From NCBI GenBank assembly GCA_951406725.2, contig OX597815.1:155806001-155870000 (forward strand): 64,000 nt of DNA. The letters are read 5' to 3'. This DNA comes from Octopus vulgaris (taxonomy: Eukaryota). Every line of letters starts with the position of its first letter. Position 1 is the stretch's first letter. The notes beneath the pieces are model-generated. The model was not told the DNA's origin. It saw only the letters and a program-made list of their open reading frames with translations, and searched no databases. The position numbers were made by a program, and so were the translations under genes. Shown piece after piece: positions 1 through 13,688 of this stretch.

Positions 1-816
1 TCCTACCATCACAATCCTGTTTCAGTTCTAGACACTGTATCTGAGTCTTTCAGTGAAATCTAGAATGGAATACTCCAATAGTTACTGATCCACCCCTGCC
101 TAAACTACAGCTTGAGTTGTAACCTCCACAGAATACTACTTCTACATCAGAACCATCTATGTTATTGCACTGATAGATATTCTTAATCACATGTGTTTTT
201 TTTCCAATACAAAACATATATATTCACTAATTACATAGGTATTGGTTTGCCTTTGTAGTTAAGAAATTTGATACACAGCCATATCCTTTGAGGCTCAGTT
301 ATACTGCATGGTACCTTGGCCAAGTATTTTCTACTATAACCCCAGACTGACCAATGCTGTATGAGTGAATTTGATTAGCAGAAGCTGTACAACATTTATC
401 ATATATACCTGTGTATGCATATACTTGTGTTTACTTATGTATGTCTGTGTGCATGTGTGTGTTTGCGTGGTTGTTTACATTTGCCCTTCTCTGAAAATGA
501 CCAAGGTACATAGTGGTGTGTCATTTCCCTGTCAACAAATCATCCTCTAGTTTACACTTTTGGAGATGTAGAACAATACCGTAACAATATATTCATCTAA
601 CCCATGTTAACATGAAAAACTAATGTAAAAAAAAACAAAACGAAATTCTATTATTAAGGAAATTAAATATCAAATATTCATAAATATTCATTGAAAGTAA
701 TGAAAAAAAAATTATTGATATGAGATTTTTGAGTGATAAAATAAATCATTTAATCTTTTCTTGCTCACAACAAAATATATGATTTTGTTTTCAAGCAAAG
801 CAATAAAAAAGCTCAC

Positions 817-1102
817 CAAAATCTAAACTGTTTCTTCGTAAACCACTAGATGCAAGGAAACGGCCCTCAATATCCATGGCTTCCCAAAGAGCTGCAGCTA
901 CATACTTCAGATTTTCAACCGAAGGTGTTGTCAGTATCCATGGTTTAGCACCTCGAAACTCCAGTACTAGTCCACCATGGGCTCGATCTTCTCCAGTATA
1001 CCACTCTTGCAAATCACCGATGTATTCTGATTTTACTAATGCCTTACTCTTGTGGTCAAGTAAAATGATCTTTTCATGTGTTATACCCAGTAACCTGGAT
1101 AC
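817..1102 (-). CDS. Internal coding exon of a FERM-domain protein (talin/kindlin-like F3/PTB lobe)
   Basis: Minus strand: acceptor tttgacAG|GTA at 1103/1102 and donor TTTG|GTGAGC at 817/816. 286 nt, open, phase 0 to phase 1. Translation VSRLLGITHEKIILLDHKSKALVKSEYIGDLQEWYTGEDRAHGGLVLEFRGAKPWILTTPSVENLKYVAAALWEAMDIEGRFLASSGLRRNSLDF aligns by eye to talin F3 (VPRLLGITKECVMRVDEKTKE...KRW...FTLDF) and kindlin F3. Too divergent to be talin itself. Confidence 0.8.
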
Positions 1103-1178
1103 CTGTCAAAATATTAGAAGAGAAATGTGCATGTGTTAAATACAGAGGAAGATCATGTAAAAGAATATGAAATCAACG

Positions 1179-1273
1179 GACAATAATTAGAGTTCAGAAA
1201 ATTAAATGAGAAAATAATTATAGTTCAGAAAATCAAATGAGACAATAATTAGAGTTCAGAAAATCAAATGAGA
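1179..1273. repeat. Minisatellite, ~31-bp unit x3
   Basis: GACAATAATTAGAGTTCAGAAAATCAAATGA repeated three times with few changes. Confidence 0.85.
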
Positions 1274-1329
1274 TCCTGTATTATCAAAAGTCTGTTTAAA
1301 CAAAGTTCATAAAAAAGCAATGTTTTGCC

Positions 1330-1590
1330 TTAAAAAAAATAAATGCACCCTTTTAAAGCCTAGCCAGGTTCATAAAAGCCAGTTTTCCAGTTTCTATGGT
1401 GTATGTGTTCCCCAGCTGGACAGGACACAAGTCCATCACAGCATTACTCATTTTTGCCTGCTGAGTGAACTGGAGCAACGTGAAATGAAGTGTTTTGCTC
1501 AAGAACACAACGCGTTGCCTGGTCCAGGAATCAAAACCACAATCTTACGATCATGATGCTGACACCCTAACCACTAAGCCACGTGCCTCC
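1330..1590 (-). mobile_element. tRNA-derived SINE (family C head, different tail)
   Basis: Shares CTGAGTGAACTGGAGCAACGTGAAATGAAGTGTTTTGCTCAAGAACACAAC...CTAACCACTAAGCCA with 9078-9425 and 12229-12570. Minus strand begins with a tRNA-like A box TGGCTTAGTGGTTAG. Confidence 0.7.
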
Positions 1591-2118
1591 ACTTTTACCG
1601 TAATACCAGAAAATATATCATTCCTTCAAGGAAAAATTTAATTGTATACATTGAAACAAAACAATTCAACACTTGTCTGGAAGGATTTGAAAATGTTGTG
1701 GACATTGTCGATTTTCCTCTATTAAAGAATGAAAAGCAAATCAATTATAGGTAATATCATAAAAAGTGGAAGAAATTTGGTGAAAACAGTGCAGTGATAT
1801 TTGAATACTTGACATCAGCAAATTCCACATGTCTAGCATGTGAGTCTCTTGGTAAACCAGACCACCTATGGGTTCCAGCCAGCTCTTGTTTCTGGAATCA
1901 GTTGCTTCCTGTCAGATGACACCATCACAATGTGTGGTGATGGAGGTCTCTTACATCCATACTCTATCGACTGTAATGCACCCCAAGGTTTGGCTATGAC
2001 TCCTACAATCTTCTTCGTATACATCATCGTTCTACTTGATATAATCTTATCTTTCATTCCTCCTTAACTCTCTGTACCTAAGCAGAAATCTAAAAACACT
2101 TCTTTCAGTAGTTCATAT

Positions 2119-2312
2119 CAATCATGTCACCTTGTCACATGTCAAACATGTCACCTTGTCACATGTAAATGATATCACACAATACAAAGACAATCATGTC
2201 AATCATGTCATCTTGTCACATGTCAATCATGGCACACAGTACAAAGACAATTATGTCAATCATATCATCTTGTCACATGTCAATCATGTCATACAGTACA
2301 AAGACTATCACA
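2119..2312. repeat. Degenerate minisatellite (CATGTCA-rich, ~50-bp higher-order unit)
   Basis: Repeated TTGTCACATGTCAATCATG...TACAAAGAC units. These produce the spurious ORF 2132-2344. Confidence 0.8.
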
Positions 2313-2399
2313 TGAAAACATTATCACACTTCCAGTTAGCATGACTAACATACAACTAAAACCCTCAAGCTGACTACAAATGCAAGGCCTCAACACCAC

Positions 2400-3190
2400 T
2401 GAGTATCTCTACCACTGAATACACATATTCAATATAGCAAGCAATAGATCAAAAAGGCTGGTTCTCTTCATCAGGGCCAGAACATATTTAATTCCCCCAA
2501 ACTACTTCCTACAAAGTTTTTGTGAAACCCACAAGCAAGTACATGTAAGACTACCAAAACCACACACAGGGCAATATTACTGTTACAGTCAGAGGCATCA
2601 ATGACTATTTCCAAAGAAAATAATCTTTTGATTGATCTGTATGAAATCACTCAGCAACACAATCTAACTTCTGGCACACTGCCATGCTATTTCCTCTCTC
2701 CTCCTTAACCCTTTCGTTACCAGCCTGGCTGAAACCGGCTCTGGCTCTTTAGTATAAATGTGTTGTTTTCAAAAGTTTTGAGTTCAAATTTTCCACCAAA
2801 TCTTAGTCACAATTTATGTTCCTAACACTAGCTCAATGATAACTAAGTTATTTTACTAACTTCTTTGTTATATTTTAAATAATTGGAAGAAACACAGAGC
2901 ATCTCAAAATAAATACAGTAACAAAGGGGTTAGTTATTACTACCACAGGGGCTTCTGTTCCTCAACTCTCAGACCACCTCCACTCAGGCACTCCCATGTC
3001 TCTCTATATTGTATCTGCTCCCTGACAGTGTGCTAATAACTACTCCCACTTCTATCTCTTCATAAAGTCATTTTCTGGAATTCTGTTCCTGCATATGTTT
3101 CTCCTGTCATTGTTTACCAGCAATTATTTAACAGGAACTTTAACCATGTCAATCACACCATTCTCAAGAGGCCTGCAGGGGCAATAATCA
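2400..3190 (+). mobile_element. Highly decayed CR1/Jockey-type LINE 3' fragment, interrupted by a MITE
   Basis: Fragments RLVLFIRARTYL (~2455) and WNSVPAYVSP (~3077) resemble the post-RT C-terminal motifs of CR1-group LINEs. Many frameshifts. Confidence 0.35.
2709..2929. mobile_element. piggyBac-type MITE
   Basis: TTAA|CCCTTTCGTTAC ... GTAACAAAGGGG|TTAG: terminal inverted repeats starting CCC, with a TTAA-type target duplication (one mismatch). Confidence 0.75.
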
Positions 3191-5168
3191 CCACCCCTTA
3201 CTTCACAGCAAACCAATAAAAGTATTTAAGTTTCAGACATTGCGAATGTACTGTGCTCGTATTCTCTTTCTCTTCTGAAATTCTAACTATTAAAATTGTA
3301 TTCACTTTTCTAATTGAGCACATCAGTGTCTAGTTAACACTCCTTTGTGCTGCAAGAAGTGATACTTAAACCTTCATCAAATCAAGCTTTCTGTCTTAAA
3401 AGTGCAAGGACATGTTAGATAATGCAGTCTTAATAATTATTTTATGTAATGTCAAAAAGATGATGGATAGTAACAGCTAGAAAATCATTAATGTTAGGTT
3501 TGTTTGATTAGGTTTGATTCCATGTCAAACAATAATAACAATTTACCAGTAAATAGTTCTTATTCTGTAAATAGTTTACTATTTACTGTAAACAGTAAAA
3601 AGTTCTTATTCTGAATACGAACTTTACCACTTGGAAGGTCCATCTACTTTTAATAAAATATAATATACTTGTGAATATTGTTGCACTTTAAGGATGCCAT
3701 TTTGCCAATAAACACATATTCTGATTTACTTCAGTTAAAGTTTTAATGTTTGTTAATTTGGCATAAATTTTTCTTCACACTATTGTAACATTTCCAATGA
3801 TCTAAAATTTGGAATCCTTGAAAAGGTCATAGCAGTGTTATGAAAAACTTACTACAAATTAATTAAAAATTAAAACCAAAACTAGTGTACCACAATCTGT
3901 GTATGTGCTTCATGGCAGTACGTCCTCAGTAAGTACAACAATATAAGTAATATCAGATTCAAAAATGTGATTTTACATTAAAATTCATGCAATAAAATTC
4001 AAACTGAATTCATGAAAATGCAATACAATAAGTTTGAAGGATACAATGCAAATTTAGAAATACAATAAGAAAGAAATAAGAGAAGGAATATTTAACATCT
4101 ATTTGTCATTGTGACATATTTTGACAGATCAATAAATCTTCTGTATGACCCTTTTATTAATATTTTAAATAAAAGCATTTTCCAAAAATTTCATAAAATT
4201 AACATTCAATATTTTTCTTCGGGAAATATTCCTCAGTTTTTATTTGCAATAAATGTTGAGTTGTGGCCATTATGTCTATAGCTTTATGTATAACATATTC
4301 ACAAACATTTTATATTTCAAAAATAAAAGTTTTGTTTTTACAACTCTTTCAGAATTATATTGTAATTTATTTTGGGTGCTCAACCCTTAGGATGGAGACT
4401 GCTGATGTATAAGCTCTAATATAAGGAGTTCAGTTTCTGAAACCAGATTACACTGTGTTTTCCTGATGGATTATGCTTTACTATAGTGAAGCTATCTAAA
4501 TATAGACAACAGCTATATCCTATTTCAATGTAGCATGTACAATGATTGTAAAGCAACTGTAATTTATTCTGGGGTAAGGTTTGGAAAACCACCTTGAGTT
4601 TGCTGGCATTAAAAAATTTCTAAAATATCTTTAAATATTCTGTGCTGTAATAGATCCTAGTTAATGTAGCATCATTAGTGAATTTCTTTTCAGAGGCATT
4701 TAAATTCTTAGTTATACCTTCTTCCCTTCTTCAGGAAAATTAAAAGTTTCGAAGACAATTTTGGCAGAGGCTAATCATAGGATTATAAACTGGGTAATTT
4801 TCTGTCAAAGACTTTGATAAATTTTGTGAAAATTTAATCACAGAACTGCAAATCTAATTATATGTTAATCTACAGTCAGGGATTGATTTGAGTTTTACCT
4901 GAGTTGCATCTTAACTTAGAGTATCCAGATAGCTTATAATTTGCTGTCAGAATTATAGTAGACCGTGTTCATGAAGTTGCAAACCAAACAGTCATATTTA
5001 GATTTGAATATTTATAGCTCTGTAGATTCTACTATAGTCTAACTAATGTACAGTTAAGTACACAAAAGTTGGAAGCTGAAGTAATAACAATAAATGGAGT
5101 GTATTCTCATTTACCATGGGACATATGATGGTGTGTGATGGGAAGTATGTCAGAGTGTTCAAGGGATA

Positions 5169-6135
5169 TACCAGGTTAAGTCAAAAGTGTTTTTTTTGTT
5201 TATCACTGATGATTTTTGGAAACTTGTATCTCTATGTTATATCAGTAATTTCATACAGTTTGCTGTCCAATCATTGCTGAATTGCTTATTCTTTATTTTC
5301 ATATATAACATATAAACATTAATTTTTTATTCTTTGTTTTACAGCTTTGATAATGAGTGGTGGAAAAATTGCAGTTGGAGCCTCTTTACGCTATCTGTGA
5401 AAAATAGAACTGAGCAGCAAAAGAAATTAATGATTTGGAAGGCTCAGAAAGTGTCAATGAATATGTGGCACAAAACTGATTCAGTCATTTCAAAGGAGGT
5501 GACACCAGCCTTGAAGACAAACCGAGATCAGGATCACCTTCTGTTATTGAACAACAGCCAAGCATAAACATTCGTACATTGTTGGCAACACGGTCCTTCA
5601 TAAGGCACCATCACTCCACACCTCCATAAGATTGGCCTTTTGAACAGACACTATTGAGAACAACTGCTGGCGAATCCTCTAGATGCCTGTTTCTGGGGAC
5701 GAAAAATGGACCTATTTTCGTAAGTCATATAAGAAAAACCAGTAGCATTGTTCTGGCTAGGCCTCAGAATCTGTTGTCAAACAATGGTGGTTTGAACAGG
5801 AGGTCATGTTATGTGTTTGATGAAATCTCAAAGAGATGTTGCACTTCGAGCTTGTCCCAGATGGTCTTGCTGTAAATGTGAACCTTTATGCTCAACAACA
5901 CCAGTGAGTACATGACGCTTTGAAAGCCCACTACCCACATCATTCAAAGACATATACTCCTACGGCATGACTATGCCCCAACATACATTGCCAATGTGAC
6001 CAAATGAAAATTTGAGGAACTTGAGGTGCTGGAAGTGCTGCTTCGCCCTACCTACAGTCCAGATCATATTGCTACCATTCCCATGCTATGGCTCATTTCT
6101 TACACAAATGAAGGTTCAAAAATATGGATGAGGTC
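5169..6135 (+). mobile_element. Mariner (Tc1/mariner, DD34D-type) transposase pseudogene
   Basis: Motifs in order across frameshifts and stops: GDEKW (~5695), VMLCV**N..MLHFELVP.G.AVN..LYAQQ (~5803-5900), HDYAPTY (for HDNARPH, ~5966), LEVLLRPTYSPD (for WEVLPHPPYSPD, ~6030-6064). Possible TA+CCAGG left end at 5169. Confidence 0.85.
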
Positions 6136-6139
6136 AGTG

Positions 6140-6385
6140 TATAATGGAATACATGTTAGTAGGCATGGGATGTATGTTGGTGGGACATGGAATGTATGTT
6201 GGTCGGATGTCAGCTATATATTTATGTGTCATGGTGCATATGTTGGTATAACATGAGATATATCATGGTATGCTGTGAAGAGTATTTTGTTGTGTCAGGG
6301 GTTGTATATTGATGTTATTGGGTGTACCTTGGTGTGTCATGGGATATATGTGCTAATGTGTCATGAGAAGTGTGTCTCTGTGTGT
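6140..6385. repeat. Degenerate ~22-bp minisatellite
   Basis: Recurring (GT)CATGGRATRTATGTTGGT-like units. Confidence 0.5.
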
Positions 6386-7189
6386 AGCAGCAGCACTATC
6401 CCAGACCTGGGAGCAATACTCCATTATGAGTTTTATAGGTTAATAGTTGAGAGTTGAAGTAGTTGTTCTCTGAAGAGGAAATCTGTCACAGAGACACAGT
6501 TCTTTTGTGATAAAATGATGATGTTGGGACAGCCACAATTGTGCTCATATATATATATTGGTGCAGTCATATATGTATCAATTTTTGATTTCAATGCATG
6601 CTCAGTGTTTTTACCATAGCTTCAAGTTGACTCAATTCTATAAATGAAATTGAGAAGACACAAATTACATGGAAATCTGAAAGAACAGTTGCTGTAATTC
6701 ATCTTTGGTCATTTTTGGCACACATTTAGCCATCCTGATTCTAAACAAGACTTTTATTTAGAGTTCAGAGTCTGTGGAAAACTCAACTACATTACACTCA
6801 TTTTCTAATAAGTTGCTTATTTACTCAAACAATTGAAATACTTTACTGATAAGCTGCCAAAACCAATGAAGGACGCATTTTCTAAAAAATATATATTTTT
6901 GGTTAACTCTTTCTTTTATACTTTTACAAGTTTCAGTTTGAGAGTTGCTGACATGCTGGATCATTGCCACTACTGGGATACAGTAGTTGTTGGGGTACCA
7001 CTGCTATATAGGATTCGTAAAGAATCAAGGCATCAATGGATAGCTTCACAAGTCTTTATTTAATTCTGTTTTAAATAATGCCTGATGAACATGGGAAATC
7101 ACATAATGCATAATGTAATCCATAATATTCTATTATGATCATATTAATTAAAAATCCTAGTGAAACAATTGTTGCAAAATCTAAAACCA

Positions 7190-8150
7190 TTTGTTTCTTT
7201 CCCTTTTCTTGACATCTTAATTAAAATAGTCAATAACCACATCGAAACAGACATCTTCTATAAACCCACAGATTCTAAACAATACCTATTATTCAACTCA
7301 TGCTACACCAAACACGTAAAAATCAATATACCTTATAATCTAGCAAAAAGAATCTGTACCATAGTTTCGGACACCTATACTCATTAATGAAGACTCCTTG
7401 AACTCAGATCAATACTAATAAAAAGACATTACCCTATATCATTAATAAATGATGGCATTAAATGAGCAAAGGAAATAGATATATGAACATTAAGGGAAGC
7501 CAGCTGAAATACTAAACCAGACTTAAAAATACTCCCATGCATCTCTACACATAACCCTAGAAACAACGAAGCCTTCAACATTACCCTCCAAAATCTTCCC
7601 ATCCTCACAGGAGATAAAACAATGAACAAAATGTTAAGCTCACACAAAATTATTAAAAGCAAAATGCAACCGAAATCATTGAAAAAAATATTAACCAGTA
7701 CAAGACTCCATCCATTAACAACAGAACCAAAAGTGAAAAAATCTGGTCGACCTAACTGTGGTACATGCCCCCATCTTTTGGAGGGTTCAGAGTTCCACTT
7801 TAAGCAAGGTGAAATATTTAAGATTAAATGAAATTTCACCTGTGCCTCAGAAAATCTAATTTATGCCATTACATGCTGAGGGTGTGGTAATAATTGTATT
7901 GGCCAAACAAGAATATCACTCCATCGAAGAACCACTCTCCACAAAGAACAAATCCACCACCCACAATACAGACAGATACAGGTCAGTGAATACATAGAAA
8001 GGTGTGCTAGGTATCTTAATCCTAATTTCCTAATTTTCCCCTTCTATCAATGTTCACAGAGCACCTCAGTACAACAAAGAATGAATAAAGAGGCAACGTT
8101 CATCAATAAATATCTTCCCCAACTCAATATGAACACATTACATAATACAG
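7190..8150 (+). mobile_element. Penelope-like retroelement fossil (RT thumb + GIY-YIG endonuclease)
   Basis: FPFLDILIK...TDIFYKPTDSKQYLLFNSC..KHVKINIPYNLAKRICTIVSD is the PLE RT C-terminus. It is followed by PNCGTCP and NFTCASENLIYAITC*GCGNNCIGQTR..L.RRTTLHKEQI (GIY-YIG). Several CGA>TGA-type stops. Confidence 0.9.
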
Positions 8151-8523
8151 AACACTACTAACTTTTCAATTAATACCACTAACCCACATACATCCCATAC
8201 ACCATTCACATTAAAGATCTATTTCTACCCTAATCGCACCATATCCAGAACTACTTACCTCCCTTACTCATTATCTTTTTACTCAGGGACTAGTAGACCT
8301 GACAACATTCAGTAATCGGTGCACATTCAAAGCAATGATTAGTAATTTTACAAAACCGGTATGCTTTTAAACCTCTTTAACAATTCACAATAATGACTTT
8401 TATAACTTTTATTCCTATCTCAGTTCATCTAATTGTATATATCTATTGTTACTTTTCATAAAAAGCCTTCCTTTTTTTGATTTCCAATGTGCATTTTCAC
8501 TTATTTTTCTTCTTACTTTCTCT

Positions 8524-8593
<70 letters not shown>

Positions 8594-9077
8594 AGTATAT
8601 ATGCATATATATAGAAACACATATTCATTCATCAAGTAAATAGTTCAGTATATACAATCATACACTCATTCACATATATACTTCTTTCCTCATTATATTG
8701 ACTATTATAAGGAACTATCCATTATTTATAATGCCACTATTGTAAAGAACACATGATTCTGGATTTACGTTAGAGAAGAAATATTTATGACTCTTCACAT
8801 TTGGAAAAAAATAACAAAGATTTCAGAAAATGGACATTGTTCTCTTCTTCTACATGATCATCATTGTCATAGCCATCATTATCATCAACATCATCATCAT
8901 TGTCGTCGTCGTTGTCCTCACCATTGTTATCATTGTCAGTACTAGCATCTAATTCATCACTAATATGATGATAACGAGAGTGATGCTAAATATGAGGAGG
9001 ATGACAATCATCATCACTTCCATTGTCATTTTCATTCCAATTATCCTCATCACCACCACCTTCAGAACTCAACTCCG

Positions 9078-9425
9078 TCAGTCACAAATGACCATGGGTT
9101 CCCCTAAGAGGTTCCCCTCCAGGTTATGAGTCTCTGGGTGGAAAGTTGCTTCACTGGTGAACGCACAACCTAGGGTTATTTTTATGGAAGACCAGAAGTT
9201 GTCCATGCTTATCAGCCCCCCCCTCTCCATGCCAACAGTGTTATCCAAGGGAAAGGTAAAGGCTGATACAGCTTGGCACCAGGGACATCGCAACTCATTT
9301 CTACAGCCGAGTGAACTGGAGCAATGTGAAATAAAGTGTCTTGCTCAAGAACACAACATGCAGCTTGATCTGGGAATCAAACTCACAACCTCATGATCAT
9401 AAGCTCAATGCTCTAACCTCTGACC
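9078..9425 (-). mobile_element. tRNA-derived SINE (family C)
   Basis: Colinear with 12229-12570. Confidence 0.8.
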
Positions 9426-9780
9426 ATCACATCACCACCACCACTACCACCACCACCACCACCACCACTATATATCATCATCATCATCATCATCAAAATT
9501 GTTATTAATATCATCTTTCATATTGGCATGAGTTGATAGCTAAACAAGATCCGATGAATTGGAGGACTATGTCAAGCATCAATGTCTGTATTTAGCATGT
9601 TTTTTACAGCTGGATGCTCTTCCTATTGTCAACCAATTTAGAGAGTGTAGTCAGTGCTTTTTTGTGGCATCAGCACTAATAGATCACCTTTTAACTCACA
9701 AAACTACAACAAATTCCCTTACAACTGAGTGAGAATGTTGAAGAGAAAGAGGTGGCTGTATGCAACATTTTGAGAAGCTA

Positions 9781-9814
<34 letters not shown>

Positions 9815-12228
9815 AGAATTTACTGGTTTTCCCATGTGGTTAAGGAGTGGTCTACTTTATATTAATGTCTAAAGAACTAAGGTCTTTACAGTGATAGCAT
9901 GGTTAAACAAGTAGAGGTTTCATACATTTAAACTGATTTGCTCTTTTGCTTCAAACATTGTAGTCTATACAAGGTACCTAAGTAAAATGTACCTACAGTG
10001 GTGTTTAATGGGGCAACAACTGAAGTCTGCAACCTAGAAATAATATTGGTCCCTACTGAGTCCTGCATACAGTTTCAACGTACCAAATTTCAGTGACAAG
10101 GAGTGGTCAACTGAGTTTATAGTGAAGGACTCTTATTTAAGATACTGTAGAGTGAATTGAACCTGAAGCTACATATTTACAAATCAAACTTGTTTACCAC
10201 AGAATCATACATGTAATCTTGTTGTTCAACCCTTGGTCGGCCTTGACTGAGCAGATTTGCAGTCAAAGGCATTCTAGCTGTGGCCACCTCATCTTTTCTT
10301 CAGACATAATCTATCTAGGAATACCTTATTGATTGCACAATATCTTTTCTGTATCAGAATTGAGCTCTGATTGAACAACAACATTAACGATTGCTATCAG
10401 AATCTTAATCATTTCCTACTTCATCATCATAATAGTCATCATCCTCAACAACCATCATCTTCACCGCTATTATACTTGTTAACATTTTCATTGAAATTTA
10501 ATGATTCTTTATCATTATTATAATTAACATGATCATCACTGGAGTCATTATTTATGCATTCTGTTATTTATATGTCTGGCATTTACATATTAGGCATTTT
10601 ATGTCTGGCATTTACATGTTATGCATCTGTGCATATAGTTTAATAGGCCAACTTCACTTCTCCTATACTTGCCTCTCACCCGTTCTCTTTCTCTCTATTG
10701 GTTACTCTTGTTTCCATCTTTACTCAGTGCTAAAATAAGCAGCTAAATTCCATCAAACACAGGAGTGGTGCACAGCTGTCCATAAACAGACACTAAGAAA
10801 AATCTTTCCTGACTTTGAAAATAAAATTACACTCCTTAGTTATTCCGAATTGTGTGCTTGTGTGCTACTGTCTGGGAATATGTCATTATGAATTAAAATT
10901 TATCTGTTCATGTTGATGGATTATCAACGGATAATCCGTCAACATATCATCCATAGGCTTAATTTGAGCACATATGGCAAGAAGGTATATAAGTACTACA
11001 AGAATGATATAAATCCAATAAGTAGAATATCAATATTAATATCCTGCAGCTGTCTAGGACAATGTTATACATGTATATATTATACATGCATAAATGAGTA
11101 AACATATACCTGTGTATTTGTGTGTGTATGTGTGTGTGTGTGCATGTACGAAGATATGTACATGCATACATAAATAGGTGTGTACTTATGTATATGCATG
11201 CACATGTATATGCGTATGTATGTAAGTCAGTGAGTGAATGCATCTAAGGTTTCAGGAGCCACTACGATGCTGTAGAGTTATTGCTGAACTTTTATATTAA
11301 ATTAATACATAAAAAATATTTTCAGTAAATGCATAAAAATGCACATATGTATAATTTCATAAATATAATGATTTATTCTATAATGTTTTATGTAGTTTTT
11401 CTCAGAAGGATGTTGTAAAATCTGCATCACTGGCTGCTTTACTGCCGGACATCTTGATAAATTAACACAAATTAGCAAGAAACCAAGTGTTGTGTTAACT
11501 GCAGAGATGCTGCATGGGAATCATCTCCAAAAATCTGTCCTTCATTTGATGGTTGTGTAGATTAATCTATATATCCATACATAATATATGAAGATGATCA
11601 GATAAGGACAGTTCAATATATGCTACAAATGTTTCAGTAGCATGGCAATATATTTGTAATGAATGTATTATATAATAATTAATATATATATTGAAATTAT
11701 CATCTATTTTTGGATCATCAGAAGATAGAAAATCAACTGCCCCATTACTATGTTTTCATTGGGGATTGTACTGTTCAGAAACCAGTGGTACAGCTGGACA
11801 GTAGACACACGCACACATGCATGCACATACACACACATGCATGCACATACACACACATGTGCACACACACACACACATGCCCAAGCACACATAGTCATAA
11901 AAACAGGACCTATTAGTAAATGACACAAAGAAATAGATTTTTCTTATCACCCGCATTTAAAAATACACACGCATGCACACACACATACACATGTATCCAC
12001 CCACACACAGTGCCAGAATGCAAATGTGCTGGAATGCACATTCTCAGACTCATATTGATACACACATGCATGTGTATTCTTCTATTCTCTCATTTTTCCT
12101 TCTCCCTAATGCACTTATTTACAGAATCATATAAACCATACAAACACACGCACGCACACATATATACACACACACACACACTCCCTTTCTTCACCTATTT
12201 CAACTAACCAACATTTTCATTCATACAG

Positions 12229-12570
12229 GTTAAGGTAAAGGTAAAGACCCTCTTCGGTCATGAGTGACCATAGGATTGCACCTAGAAAGTTCCCCTCTGA
12301 GGCACAAGACTGGGCAAGGTTGTTTATAGAAGACCAGCAGTCGTCCATATATACCTGTCTTCTCTCTCCATGCCACCGATGTTATCCAAGGAAAAGGTAA
12401 AGGCCAACACAGCTTGGCACCAGTGATGTCACAACTCATTTCTACAGCTGAGTGAACTGGGCTTATGTGAAATAAAGTGTTTTGCTCAAGAACACAACAC
12501 ACAGCTGGTCTGGGAATTGAACCCCTACCTCATGATTGTGAGCCTGATGCACTAACCACTGAGCCATGTG
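12229..12570 (-). mobile_element. tRNA-derived SINE (family C), near full length
   Basis: Minus strand: TGGCTCAGTGGTTAG A box, GGTTCAATTCC B box, central GTTCTTGAGCAAAACACTTTATTTCAC...CAGTTCACTCAGCTGTAGAAATG, tail (TTTACC)n. Confidence 0.85.
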
Positions 12571-13025
12571 ATTTTGTAGAAGTCACTCATACAACTACAT
12601 AAATATTAAACCTGAAACTAGAAGACAGAGATGACTGAATTGAACTTGGAGCAGAGAGGGTATATCATTTAAGATGTTGGCAATGGTGATGGAAGGACTT
12701 TCGGCATCTACAACTGATTGATTAATTAACTGAGTGATTAATCAAATAATTGATTAGATAATTGGTAAATAGCTAACCAATTGATAAATAATAATAAAGA
12801 AGAGAAATTGAACCAGTTGTGTGTTCATTGTTGGGATAATGACCCTCATGAGATACATGCACACACACACATGCACACACACATGCACAAACATGCATAC
12901 ACATACATGCACACACACACACATGCACACACACTGATATATATGATATATATATACATATTAATATAGGTACACATACATATATCATCATCATTATCAT
13001 CATCAACATCATCTTCATCATCAGT

Positions 13026-13265
13026 ATGTATGTGTGTGTATATGTTTATGTGTCTGTGTTTGTCCCACCAACATTGCTTGATAACCGACGCTGGTGTGTG
13101 TATGTCCCTGTAACTTAGTTGTTCAGCAAGAGAGACCGATAGAACAAGTACTCGGCTTACAAAGAATAAGTCCCGAGGTCGATGTGCTCGACTAAAGGCG
13201 GTGCTCCGGCATGGCCACAGTCAAATGACTGAAACAAGTAAAAGATTAAAAGAGAGTAAAGAGTA
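13026..13265 (+). mobile_element. SINE family B, 3' half
   Basis: Matches 60660-60860; ends in (AAAGAGTA)n. Confidence 0.85.
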
Positions 13266-13656
13266 TATGTATATGAACACCTATATATACATATGGAGGC
13301 GATCATGTGAATAAACAAATTAAATATAACAATTTGGGTTTCGTATCCAAAATATATGTGTATATATGTAAACAAAAAGAAAGCAAAGATTGAAGATTTT
13401 CAGACTGTGAATATATGTAATTTACTTAGTCGCATATTTTATATATCAAGCCCAAATTGTTATATTTCATTTTGTTTATTTGCATAATTGCCTCCATATC
13501 TGCTCACCTGGATTCCTTTTATAACCACTCTGTGGAATTGGTCCTTTGTAAAGACACTGGAGCCCTAGTTTGAATCATTTGAGTGCTAAGTGTTTTCCAC
13601 TGAGAATCTCTGGATGTCATCTCTGTATTATATACATATGTGTATGTGTGTGCGTT

Positions 13657-13687
<31 letters not shown>

Positions 13688-13688
<1 letters not shown>

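Noticed and set aside
1806-2078. Candidate next minus-strand exon (ORF 1866-2057, acceptor-like TTTCTGCTTAG)
   Set aside because: Stops in all three frames within ~35 nt of the acceptor, and no FERM similarity.
4209-4231. cUUCGg tetraloop hairpin
   Set aside because: Short A/T stem with a bulge. Expected by chance in 64 kb.
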